From Lepidodermella squamata (lineage: Eukaryota > Animalia > Gastrotricha): 64,000 nt of DNA. The notes beneath the pieces are model-generated. The model was given only the letters and a program-made list of their open reading frames with translations, did not search any database and was not told the DNA's origin. Of the stretch, positions 49,801-61,589 are shown in pieces; positions within the stretch are counted from its first letter, which is position 1, and every line of letters starts with the position of its first letter. The stretch is taken from the NCBI GenBank assembly GCA_047495785.1, contig JBLDXI010000017.1, positions 868,001-932,000 of the forward strand, read 5' to 3'. The position numbers and the translations under genes were made by a program.

Positions 49801-50765
49801 ACTGCTTTGAAGTCAGCAGCGAAATTTAGCAGCTGAAAAAACTGTCACTGTTACAGAGTTGCCGCTTTGTAACAAAGTTGTTATGGACCTCCGCAATCGA
49901 TTGACATCAAATTTGCCCATATAACACTCACCTGTCGCTCACCTGCGAATTTCGCTGCTGAATTCACGTTTCAGGGTGTCCACAACGTGTTTTTCTTAGC
50001 AGCTGTGCTTGACATGCACTATTCGAGTGCCCTGATGAGTGTTATGGGTGTTTTCGACCCTGCCGAGTCTGATTTTGACTTCAATTTTTTGATCAGACTC
50101 ATCCCTGACCTAGTTTCGGACAATTATCTGCTGAAAAGGGTGTCTAAATTGCTTTGAACGTCGCAGCTGAGCTCAATTTGGGTGTTATGGCCTTCGGAAT
50201 ACCGTGGGATACCATAATCGACCCCGCTGAACATTGTTATGACATATTTTTCACGATGGGATTCATCCTTGACCTAGTTTCGGACACTTATCTGCAGGTC
50301 GGTTGGGAACTTCGCGTCAAACTCACCTTGACGATTGCAGCTGAGCTCAATTTAGGTGTTATGGCCGTCGGTATATCTTAAACTACCGTAATCGACCCTG
50401 CTGAAGATTGTTATGACATTTGTTTCATGATTGGATTCATCCCTGACCTAGTTTCGGACATTATTCTGTTCTTAGGTTGGGAATTTCGCGTCAAACCCAC
50501 TTTGAACGTCGCAGCTGAGCTCGATTTGGGTGTTATGGCCGTCGCGATGCCGTAATCGACCCCGCTCAAGATTGTTATGAAATATTTTTCACGATTGGAT
50601 TCATCCCTGAACTAGTTTCGAACAGTTATCTATTGGTGTTTTCGGAATTTGACGTCAAACTCGCCTTGACAATTGCAAAAGAGCTATTGCAGTTGTTATG
50701 GCGGTCGCAATATCTTGAACTACCGTAATCGACCCTGCTAAACATTGTTATGACATTTACACTTG
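49801..50765 (+). repeat. Left foldback arm with ~5 tandem units of 164-174 bp
   Basis: Recurrent CGACCC.GCTGAA.ATTGTTATGACA...GACCTAGTTTCGGACA at about 50055, 50219, 50393, 50557 and 50729. Confidence 0.9.
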
Positions 50766-51351
50766 CTGAACATTTTTATGGCATACGATTCATTATGCAG
50801 CTATTCCCGACATATTTATAGACTCTGTAAAATATGTTAGCCATAGCCCTCTTGCTCTCTGGAACGTCTGCTTAGCGTGCGTTGCAACATCATTTTCGCA
50901 CGCACTTCTGTCCCACCTTTAGGATAAGGGTCCATTTGAGTCCATTCGAGACGAATCGATGGTATTATTCAATAATTTGACGCCTCGATATACATAAATT
51001 AAGTTTACGCCGTTAAAAGGGTCACCGGGTCTGGGACAACATGAACGAATGTTCGAACTTCACTCGCTGCAGGTGCATACCTAGATATAATTATTGCCAG
51101 TGAAACGATAATATGCGTTTATTTTTTTTTTTTTTTTGGTAAATATATTCCAATATGATGTGTGATTAAAATGAAAAAGAACCACCGAGGTCCTGTGACT
51201 ATTACAAATGTATCGTCGAAAGGTTATAGTATGGTATAGGTGCTAAAAAGCGTGAGCAAACGTAGTCGTACCTTTGGAAAATTGATAGTATAATCATATT
51301 GCTACGTTCAAATGGAAACTTCGAGTTCCGAAAAAAAGCTATCAAATGATT

Positions 51352-53930
51352 TTATAGGTCAATGACGTAATCGCCGTCATTTATCGCTGGCTCCGCGTCA
51401 CGTTCAGTTTGTTCCGGGGTTAGGGCAAGGACAACATATATGCCCAGCCATTTTTTGAGAAGGGCCGAATCCGGACGCAAATAACGCCGTATCTCTTTCC
51501 CCTCAGTAACCATTGTGTAATCGCCGGGAAAAGAGCCTGGCGTAAGAAGAGCATAATCTGAAGTGCCGGCTTTTCTTGCCACAACGGCAACGACTTCATA
51601 GCTGAGAAAGATGCTTTTATATCAGACAAAAAATCCCGAAATAAAATGTTACCTCGAATTCCGAAAATTTATGTTCGCGAGGTTGAGACATTGGTTGACC
51701 TGAATAGTCGCTTCGATTGCAATAATGACGACGGGGCATGGCGTAATTCGGCCCTCATGCTGGTGCTTACTTGATGTTATCAATTTTTTCCCCTCGCATT
51801 TTAATCTGAAACATAATTCATTGCCCAAAAATAAAGGAGTCGAGTAATCATTTGCTAATTTTACCCGCTGGAGTCCGTAAATTGACAATCGGAGTAACTC
51901 TGCGAAAAACGGCTTGACAGCCTCTCCTCGATCTGGAGAGCATTTGGGAAGCTATAAAATTTACTGGCTAATAAGCGATCATCACAGTGTGTAGTATTTT
52001 TCTCACCTGTTTTGACCTGCCTCGATGGTTAAAAATGGATTCGTGATGAGCTGCGGCTGCTCAGGCTGCAAACTGTTGCTCTGGCAGAAGCAGTTTTCGC
52101 ACGCCCCCATTTTTCGCATTATACCGCACCCGTCAGTTGCGAAAATGCGCTCACATAGCTTACTGGGCGACAGGTCCTCCAAATTGTAGATCTTACCGCC
52201 ATCATGTCGTAGAACTGCCAGCTCTGGGTACATGAGCTCAATGATGGAGCCGCGTCTAGCCCTTAGCTCAAACCGCGTGGCGCTGTTGTCGTTAACTGCC
52301 TCCAAATAAGAAGCCCATTTGCCTGGGCACAGTTTTCGGCAGATGGGAGCCATGCTCAAGGACAAATAGTCGAAAATTCGAGCGTTCTGTAAGTCAACCA
52401 TTTGGCTTGCAAATCCAGAGTTTTGCAATTTATCCAACGCGCTAAGGCCCAGGGCATAGCTGATCTCCTGACCCTCCGATGCCTCCGACGCCAGGTCGTT
52501 GAACTCCCAAGCACCCTCGCGCCTTTGGGCTTTTACCTCCTTCTCCGGACTTTTGGTAGCATTAGACTTCATTGGAGCTTTGGGTTCCTTTGGAGCTTTG
52601 GGTTCCTTTGGAGCTTTGGTCTTCTTTGGAGCTTTGGGTTCCTTCGGAGCTTTGGTCTTCTTGGGAGCTTTGGGTTCCTTCGGAGCTTTGGTTTTCTTGG
52701 GAGCTTTGGGTTCCTTCGGAGCTTTGGCCTTCTTGGGAGCTTTGGGTTCCTTCGGAGCTTTGGTCTTCTTGGGAGCTTTTGGTTCCTTTAGATTTCCGCG
52801 AGGTGTCGGCGGGTTCACAGCGTTTGGTGGATCTAGAGCTGGCGAAAGCTTTGAAAGTATCGGAAGCTGAGATTCAATCTCGGGAAGTTCAGCTAAACCA
52901 GCTAGCCTGTTTCAGTAGGTTATTGAAAATGTCAAATTAACTTTGCATAAAAGAGCTATTACGTAGAAAGACGTCTTTTCTGGGTCACTGGTCGCTGTTC
53001 CAACCTGCTACTGCTGAGATCCATTGGCTCATCAGGGTAATCAGAGTAGGGAGGTGGGGGATCGTCTGTTAGGCAAACAATTAGCATGTTTTATGGTGAG
53101 CATAATACAAGACCTTGGGAAATCTCCGGAATGTCGATGGCGTCGGGCATTTGCGGCTCGATTTCGCTCAGGTCATTATCAAAATCATCGCCTTCAGCGA
53201 TTATTGACTCGATCAGACCTTTGCGCTTCGGCTGCGGACAACAGAAAAACAGTAAATTGGGGTAATATTTTTCATACCCCTTCAAAATTCCTTTTTTCCT
53301 GTTAACCAACTGCCATTGAGGCAGACCATTTAACCCACAACGCAAGTCATCGATGAGATATAGGTCGTTGTTGAATAGTCGAAGCGAAACATAATGGCCA
53401 ATGTATTTGTCGGTCGCATCCAATCTGTCGTCCTCATTGCCGTAGTACCCGACGCCATCGACTATTGTAGACGTGGGGTGTTGAAAGAGCGTGGCTGCGT
53501 GTAAGGAATACCTAATTGGTGATTTTTAAGTGGCTTATTCGAAAAAATATTAAAACAAACTCCAAGTCTCCCCATTCCAAAGTTTTCGGAGCGTTGTCTA
53601 TGAACTGAGCGAAGGGTACTTCAAATCCTTGAAGAACCTCAATTGCGATGAAAGGATACGGCCTGGCCGAATGGTCATGCCGATGCGGGCCGGCAAGTGT
53701 GAAGCCCACGTGGCCGACTGTTTTGCAACTGAAACAAGGTTTGCATCGACATCAGAAGGGTCTTCGATAGGAACAACTAACAGCCGATTAGCAATTTCCT
53801 GTCTCAGCTTACGAACCACTTGGCAATGCGTGTCATTCTTCCGCCCGTCAAGATCGTTGTTCTTCACGTCGTTCATAGTGAACTCCGCCAGCCCATTTGT
53901 GTAGTGTCCAGGTGCTTCCGGAACATTACT
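51352..53930 (-). CDS. Fragmented transposon-borne coding region: USP (peptidase C19)-like His-box segment, Lys/Pro repeat, further exons
   Basis: Spliced reading PKTLEWGDLE|YSLHAATLFQ...YIGHYVSLRLFNNDLYLIDD...LLFFC resembles the USP C-terminal boxes. Same strand as, and downstream of, the transposase. Integrity is uncertain. Confidence 0.45.
52572..52790 (-). repeat. Coding minisatellite, 18/36-bp unit encoding KAPKEP/KAPKKT
   Basis: GGAGCTTTGGGTTCCTTC alternating with GGAGCTTTGGTCTTCTTG, about 12 units, inside ORF 52003-52818. Confidence 0.9.
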
Positions 53931-54882
53931 GAGAAAATTTTAGAAAACATTTTTGGAATAATAGCAACTTCAATTCTGCGAGAGAAATGAATGAATCTCA
54001 TCAATCATTTCATCTGAAATTTCAAGTTTTCTACAGCATATTTCATTAACACCTTCACTAAATACCCTTTATAGACTGACTACAACAACCCGAAAACCAA
54101 CAATGTAGTTTGGGCAAATAAATTCAGCGCCGTTGTGTGAAACATATTTTGGGCGAGAATCGCACCCCGTTTATGGAATTTAAGCAAACAAAGATATAAG
54201 ATCGAAAATCAATCAGATCAGAACAGCCGTCCTATACCGGAAAAAAATCTGAAAAGTAAGAAATCGAGAAAAAATACGTGCCGCGTGAATCGATCGGGAA
54301 ATATTTTCCGATTTCAGACGCATTTTCCGACGGTTGAAAGCGCGAAATTAAAATTAATTCAAAATTAATTCAAAATAAAAAAAATAGCGCATAATGGAGA
54401 AGCCGCGAGGCCGTTAGGGAGCGGCCAAATGATCACCCTTTCAGGCCGATGCAGCTGAAGTACGGCAAATAACGCCACGCTGAAGACAGATTTTCTCCAG
54501 CGGTGATTTCTGTGGTTCCGGCGGTTGTAGCCTGCCATCTAAGCCCAATTGCCGCCCAATAATGGGTGGATCGTTCTAGGAATATGTCCTAATTTCGACA
54601 CATTTTTTGAGCGCTCTATATAGTTTTTCTTATTATTTTTTTACGTTTTTTTCCACCCTGTTGTTTTTATTGCGGTAGTATTGCGGGAAAATGGCTAAGA
54701 AAATTAGATTTTTTCAACAAATGCTGGAAAATATTGCAAACTCGTTACACCTATCCGGCAGTACGGGCGGTACGGAGTCCGTGAAAATAAATAATCTCAA
54801 ATAATAAAACGCTGGAGTCTCAAATTCAGTGCTGGAACCCTAAATATAATAGAGTGCGCACTGGGCACACCAATTGGTAAGC

Positions 54883-56811
54883 TTACAATCGTTTAACCGC
54901 CATTCCTCGCACGAAAACTGCCGAGTAGCAAGGGAAAAGATGAATTAAATTTTTCATCACGGAATCCATCGCGAACTTGGAGTGATGCTCATTGACCTCA
55001 GCGTTGTCTGCATTGAGTTCGCCCTCGGCAGCTTCGATTTCGAGCATTGCCGAATCGAAAATGGGGCGGAACATCGCGTAAAATCCGCTCAAGTCGATAT
55101 ATCTTTGAGATCGAAACTTACGCTTGAGCGATAATTCCTCATCGATTCCGAGTTTATCCTTGTCAACAACTGGGCCCATGTTATCTGGCCAGTCGAATTC
55201 ATTATCCTCAACGCTAGGCGGCGGCTCCGCATCACCTGGAATTTCCACCGGCTCAAGTGGTTGAATCATCATTTCCTGTTGCTTTTGCTCAAAATCTGCT
55301 AGAGCTTGCGAGCAAAGATCGGTCTGAAAATTCGAGCAAAAAATAAGGACCATTAGCCTGAATACAATCCTGGCCTCCTTCATGTCTGGGCAGTATTGGA
55401 ATGTAGCGAACGCTGTAAGAAAGAGACTTTTCGTTGCTTTCTTCACAGCTTTGCGGCCGCGACTTGACAGCATTACTGAAAGAGCCTTTTGAAGATGTTC
55501 AGAGCATAAAATGATCAGGATCAGATTATTTGGGATCACTTGGATTACATCGCCGCCTTTCAGCGACTCGAATAAGATAATGAAAGTTCGCTTCAGCGAA
55601 TGATTGTTGAACACTTTACTGACGGCTTGCATTAAGCAATACGAGTGGTCAACTACGACCCCATACGGCAGCGATATAGAGCCGTAATGTGTCCAATCTG
55701 CTTTCCAAAAGCCGAGCAAATACTGAAAAGCGACGGATCTTTGGTCAGATGTCAACAAGTCAGCATGCCGAACTTTGGGCCCTTCCAGGACTGGCGAAAA
55801 TGACACGACGGGCATATACGCGACTTTTTTCCCAGACAACCAGTCGTTTTTTACTGGCCCCATTGTGATGTCAATACCAAACAAATAGAATCCTTTTGAT
55901 TCTTGGGCAGTTTGTTTAAGCAGCTGTATCTGTTTGCCGAAATAATTCGCCGAATGAAGAGGCCTTACACCGTAGGCGCGGATGAATTCCCCTTCTTTGA
56001 ACTTGTTCGGATTCTCGGGATCATCGGGATTTTCGACACGTTGGCAATACAACTCTAACACCATATCAACTTCGTCGTTAATATCTTTGCGAGCGCGAAG
56101 CCGATCCTCGGATCCAATTTTGGCGAAAGTCGAGCTATTCGGCAACTTTGTTTGAATATGCTCATGTGGTTTGGCTGGAGGAACATTGGCCTTGTCTGCC
56201 GCAGCCTTCAACGCCGAATACAAGCTTAGTCGAACTTTTGCAGGCTTTTCATATCTCAACCGAGCAGCTATAGCTTCACGTGCTTTTCCCGTGATTCGCC
56301 GTGGCTTTGGCTTTCCAGCAACATGATTGATGGGCTTGTCCGGGTCCGGAATCAGTTCAATTTTGATAGAATCAATATCCGTGTTATTACTGCAGAGGTC
56401 AGATTTCAAAGAGAATTGACGACACCCTCGACAGCTGCAGTACGCACGTCCAGCCAAGTCGTTTGTCTTTTTTCGGAGCTTAACCCACCGGTAATTAATA
56501 GTGCAATCCCCGCTGATTGCAGAAACTTTCGAGTCGAATAGATTAGCCCATTCGCCTTTCAAAGCGCCCTTATTGTCCACTTCAATCGACGCGAGCTCGG
56601 CCTTCGAAATATAAAATGTCAAATTGCTCGAAAGGCTGCTATCTGGCGAGACAGTAGCAGAATCCTTCTTGCCAACGGGTTTAGGTTGGAACAAGTGTGA
56701 CATATGGCGCCTCATGAAAGTGTACAAATAGTTTCGATTTTCTTGGGAACTTAGATTGCATATTCGCCCGAAAATGCCATCTTCCGGGGTTGGGCCTGAA
56801 ATAAAGAGCAT
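54883..56811 (-). CDS. NOF-type MULE DDE transposase (main exon)
   Basis: 642-aa open frame with LFGIDITMG (first D), VVVDHSYCLMQAVSKVFN (second D) and CSEH (CxxH). Splice sites at both ends (tttcag|, |gtaagc) imply further exons. Confidence 0.8.
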   Translation of the reverse strand: MLFISGPTPEDGIFGRICNLSSQENRNYLYTFMRRHMSHLFQPKPVGKKDSATVSPDSSLSSNLTFYISKAELASIEVDNKGALKGEWANLFDSKVSAISGDCTINYRWVKLRKKTNDLAGRAYCSCRGCRQFSLKSDLCSNNTDIDSIKIELIPDPDKPINHVAGKPKPRRITGKAREAIAARLRYEKPAKVRLSLYSALKAAADKANVPPAKPHEHIQTKLPNSSTFAKIGSEDRLRARKDINDEVDMVLELYCQRVENPDDPENPNKFKEGEFIRAYGVRPLHSANYFGKQIQLLKQTAQESKGFYLFGIDITMGPVKNDWLSGKKVAYMPVVSFSPVLEGPKVRHADLLTSDQRSVAFQYLLGFWKADWTHYGSISLPYGVVVDHSYCLMQAVSKVFNNHSLKRTFIILFESLKGGDVIQVIPNNLILIILCSEHLQKALSVMLSSRGRKAVKKATKSLFLTAFATFQYCPDMKEARIVFRLMVLIFCSNFQTDLCSQALADFEQKQQEMMIQPLEPVEIPGDAEPPPSVEDNEFDWPDNMGPVVDKDKLGIDEELSLKRKFRSQRYIDLSGFYAMFRPIFDSAMLEIEAAEGELNADNAEVNEHHSKFAMDSVMKNLIHLFPCYSAVFVRGMAVKRL

Positions 56812-58269
56812 TCATTTACTTGGAAGGATAGCTGTAGCTGAATTCGGCTGGGTCGGCTCAAATCGGCTGGGTCGGCACACTATTACTGATAATTCTTACG
56901 CTTCTCTATCATATTAGGATATAATGTAGAGCTAACCTCTGAGAGCTCGGGTTAAACTGTTTAATTTCCATCAATTGTTTCAAATAGGAAAAATAGGTTA
57001 AAATAGGAAAATAGGAAAAGTTCCCAGGCTAGATTTCTTAGCCCAATATTCTTTTCTCATAATAGGTAATCAAGCTATATGTATACGCGAATACTGGCTT
57101 TACAACAAAATGCGTCTTCTATTTTAAAAATTTGAGCAGAAGCTCCCGCCGACCCTCCTCGGGATGGTGAAAACCGGCTATGTCCGAAAATAAATAAAAA
57201 ATCGAAATAATTATTACGAATAAAAATCAATAATGGTATTCTGATTAATCTTGCTGCTTCCACTTATATCAAGGCTCAGGTAAAATTAAGTAAAATACAG
57301 CGGCTATTATGCCCAACACCTATAAACCTATAAAACGCACACACCTGTTCCAGCAGGTATCAGTGGCTCAGATACCATGTAATCGCTAATCAACTTCATC
57401 AGCGTGGCTTTATCAATATCAGTTAGAGCAATCGAAGCCATTGTAGTGCTCTCGAAACCAATTCAAAATTTACGCAGAATGAATTCGATAAATTGATTGC
57501 CTATATTATAGCAAAATCGTTGACCGCCATTGATGAAGTTACATGATTTAAAAAAGCAAACATTCAGAATGCCAAGGTTAACGTTTCATAGACATGGCAT
57601 AATAGGGAGCGTCATTTGGTAAAAGAAAAAACCAATTTTAAAATTGTTGCTCAATTATACGACGCTCACCGAGGGCGATAGGTGAAAAGTTTGATCTGCC
57701 GAAAATATCAACTATTTCTTTGAGCAAAGGCCGAAAATAATTCAACACTTGGTGTGATGGGTGAGGTGGTGTGATTTGTGTAATAATAAAATAATTAGGC
57801 TGAAATAAATATATAAGCTTACACACTTATTATTTGTGCTACGTATATTTCATATATTAGTTGCGACCTGCGATTTTTCATGGCGCACTTGTTCGGCCGC
57901 GCATCTAATAAAAATAGCGCCAATGATTTCCAACCTTGAGCTCGACACTGCTTGGAAAAAATCACCATACAATATACCTGTTAACTGTTTTAAATTTATA
58001 ATTTTCATTTTCCACATTTCTGCAAGAGATGCTGATTTATCACGAAATTCAATATGCTTTTCAGTAAAGCGTGAATATGTCAAACCCTGCTTTAAAATGT
58101 CCCAAAGAAAACTTAAAATGTTATTTTATCAATAATTTTGACATATTGAGACCCATCCACGGCGACAAAGACAATCAATGCACGCTGTACGGATCATGAA
58201 ATAAACATTATTCAACGCAAATTGTTCATCAAGTAACGCTTACTCCGCCTTTATTAGTCGAAATTTTTA

Positions 58270-59468
58270 TCATGTCAATTTGGCGTTGTCCGGAACTAGG
58301 TCAAGGATGAATCCAATCGTGAAAAGAATGTCATAACAATTTTCACCGGGGTCGATTACGGTAGTTCAAGGTATTGCGAAGGCCATAACACTTGACATGA
58401 CCGTAGCTGCGATCGTCAAGGTGAGTTTGACTCCAGATTACCAACTTACCAACAGGTAATTGTCCGAAACTAGGTTAGGGATGACTCCAATCATGGAACA
58501 AATGTCATAACAATGTCCAGCAGGGTCGATTACGGTAGTTTAAGATTTTCCGACGGCCATAACACCTAAATTGAGCGCAGCTGCCATCGTCAAGGTGAGT
58601 TTGACGCGAAGTTCCCAGCCGACCAACAGATAAGTGTCCGAAACTAGGTCAAGGATGAATCCCATCGTGAAAAAAATGTCATAACAATGTTCAGCGGGGT
58701 CGATTACGGTAGTCTACGGTATTCCGAAAGCCATAACACCCACATCGAGCTCAGCTGCGACGTTCAAAGTGGGTTTGACGCGAAATTCCCAACCTAAGAA
58801 CAGAATAATGTCCGAAACTAGGTCAGGGATGAATCCAATCATGAAACAAATGTCATAACAATCTTCAGCAGGGTCGATTACGGTAGTTTAAGATATACCG
58901 ACGGCCATAACACCTAAATTGAGCTCAGCTGCAATCGTCAAGGTGAGTTTGACGCGAAGTTCCCAACCGACCTGCAGATAAGTGTCCGAAACTAGGTCAA
59001 GGATGAATCCAATCATGAAACAAATGTCATAACAATCTTCAGCAGGGTCGATTATGGTATCCCACGGTATTCCGAAGGCCATAACACCCAAATTGAGCTC
59101 AGCTGCGACGTTCAAAGCAATTTAGACACCCTTTTCAGCAGATAATTGTCCGAAACTAGGTCAGGGATGAGTCTGATCAAAAAATTGAAGTCAAAATCAG
59201 ACTCGGCAGGGTCGAAAACACCCATAACACTCATCAGGGCACTCGAATAGTGCATGTCAAGCACAGCTGCTAAGAAAAACACGTTGTGGACACCCTGAAA
59301 CGTGAATTCAGCAGCGAAATTCGCAGGTGAGCGACAGGTGAGTGTTATATGGGCAAATTTGATGTCAATCGATTGCGGAGGTCCATAACAACTTTGTTAC
59401 AAAGCGGCAACTCTATAACAGTGACAGTTTTTTCAGCTGCTAAATTTCGCTGCTGACTTCAAGGCAGT
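58270..59468 (-). repeat. Right foldback arm with ~6 tandem ~174-bp units
   Basis: Reverse complement of the left arm. GGGTCGA at about 58349, 58522, 58697, 58870, 59045 and 59209. Confidence 0.9.
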
Positions 59469-61589
59469 TTTTTATTCAATTATTCATGCTATGATTTTGC
59501 TGCTGTGAGCATAATTGCCAGTTAAAATTTCGCGATTGAACCTATGGAGCAGGTGAAAAACTCGAATTCGAGATTTCGATTCGTTGTGGCAATGGCATTT
59601 TGGTCACAGGTATCACAATCTTTTTACATAGATCTTCATTGCTTATTCTAATAAGGTTGAGGTCCATAGAATTGGTTTCTTTCGCTTTTCGCCAAAATTC
59701 AGGGGCGCAATCAGCTGATTGCTTTGGTTGTTCAAACAACTACCAAAATCAAAAATCAAAAACCCCACTTCGGCCTTCTCTAGAAAATTGTTAAAATTGT
59801 TTAAAAATGAAGGAAATGTTTGCATAATATCCATAACAACTATTAAAAACCTTCTGGCTGAGCCCCTGCCCAAAATACACCTTTTGGTTTGAATTATTAT
59901 TCTGTTAAAAACAAATTTCGCTCACGAGTTTGTAAACATTTAACCACTTTTTATAATTTTTTTCATTTTGCATTTTCATTTTGTTCAAACAAATTTTCTA
60001 GCGATGTTGGTCTCGGTTACATTTTTGTGCCATCCATTTTCTTGATTCGGGAGAATCTGCAGATCTGGGCAGCGTTGCTGCCGGTAAATTTGGGGTTTCA
60101 GTAATTTTTCGCGAAGCTTCCTAATTAGGAAAGCGCGAAATTTGTTGTCAGGAAGGTCTGCAGATTTTCACCCGTTTCTTCATTTAATTTACTTTTAATA
60201 TGCAGCTTCTGCTAGATTTTTCTCATTTTTCTGATGCTTCTCCTGTTAGCGAAACCAAATTTACGGTGAGCGGAACCAAATTTTAGACTGTTCTAGGGGC
60301 CTGGAATCGATTTTCGGATATTTATTGCAGGTCAAGATTGGCCACAATAATTCTAGAAAATTCACCAATGAATTTAGCGCAACATTCTCTATAAGACGGA
60401 GTGTTTGGCTCAAAATTCATGTTTAGCCTAAAATCCGTAGAAATATTCAAAAATGACTCCTGGCATATTTCGACTATGGTTCCGCCCACAGTAAATTTGG
60501 TTCCGCTTAAAGATATTCCGTTTCATATATTGCTGCTGCCCAAAAGGAGCAGTAAAAAATACGCAAAAATTGGGTCTTTTGCCCAACATCGCTAGTGAAA
60601 TTTTCTTTGAATTTAATGAAAATTCAAAAGAAAAAAGCTTTCAAAAATTGGTTGAATTTTGTCTAATTAGGTCTTAGGTCATAGATTGTCTTGTTTGTCT
60701 TGTTTGTCTTGTTGTCTCTTTTAGTGCCTCCGCTTATCGGCCGATAAGCGGAGGGACTGAAAGAGACAACAAGAAATAAGCGGAGTGTCCCTCCGCTTAT
60801 TAGTGATGATGAAACAATGGTAAAAAAGGGACATCGGAGTATAATTGCTTTAAGCTGGACATTACGGCTGACTTATAATTCGTAAATCAAAAAGGCTCAA
60901 AATTCGTACATTAAAAGTAACGCAAACGAAGGAAATACTCGGGATCAGAAACTCTGGAACGAGAGGGGAAGTCAGATCTCATGGCCAGAAAAATCTACAA
61001 TGCCATAATAGTAGTCAAGTATGTCTCTAGTGAATGGAATTGAAAGAAAAAATCCGAAGAAATGTGATCCAATCAGGTAAAAACCGACAATTACCGAACC
61101 AGTTATCATCGGGGTTTTCAGGGTGTTCTCCAGTAAATTTTAAATTTCTTTGGTAAAGTCGTGGATAAAGGATGGAAGATTCCTCCAGTGAGCTCAATTT
61201 CAAATAATTAGTTGAATTTCCTTAAAAAAATTGAAATTTCAAAATGGTTGCGCAACTTCTGGGAAAATTGATATTCGAAGGCGGACTAAAGTCGAAAAAC
61301 CCATTTTAGGTAAAATTTACAGCTGGAACCCGAAAAAATTAGGTGTCTACTTGAAACTTTATCTGTGAATCGACTCGCGATTTCCGAAGCATCAACGCGG
61401 AATTTATCACTTATCACTCATTCATTTAACGATTTATTATTAAGGAATACATACAAATATAAAAAAGAATTTCCAAAACAAGAAATTAAGGAAAAGGCGG
61501 AAAATCAGCAATAGAGCGCTGATATCGGAAAGTCATCGACATTGAATGAGCCAAACTCGAATCAAATCTGCATCGTAAGCATGTTAATT

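Larger units (their letters stand above)
49801..59468 (-). mobile_element. Foldback/FB-NOF-like Mutator (MULE) element, ~9.7 kb
   Basis: ~1-kb inverted arms starting ACTGC(T/C)TTGAAGTCAGC, 8-9-bp TSD (T)TTTTTATT, internal NOF-type transposase. Confidence 0.88.
49523..60845. mobile_element. Hairpin-ended non-autonomous element (Crypton-like architecture), interrupted by the MULE element
   Basis: Termini ATTATACT...AGTATAAT. Branched hairpin at 49523-49683. Internal ATTATGCTCCGATGTCACTTTTT (49688-49710) is the inverse of the right end (60823-60845). Palindromes at 60707-60801. No clear TSD. Confidence 0.6.

Noticed and set aside
50154-50381. 75-aa ORFs in the foldback arms (also 58888-59115)
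   Set aside because: Chance open frames in tandem repeats with non-ATG starts.
50040-50765. Regularly spaced repeats as a CRISPR array
   Set aside because: The whole ~170-bp unit is repeated with no unique spacers, it is mirrored at 58270-59230, no cas genes are present, and the context is eukaryotic.
52402-52940. Repetitive + strand ORFs (LGALGSFGA, ELWVPS)
   Set aside because: Antisense readings of a stop-free minisatellite.
59542-59873. Possible Crypton protein remnant (FWRKAK...DLNLIRISNEDLCKKI)
   Set aside because: The similarity is too weak and no tyrosine-recombinase catalytic motif is visible.
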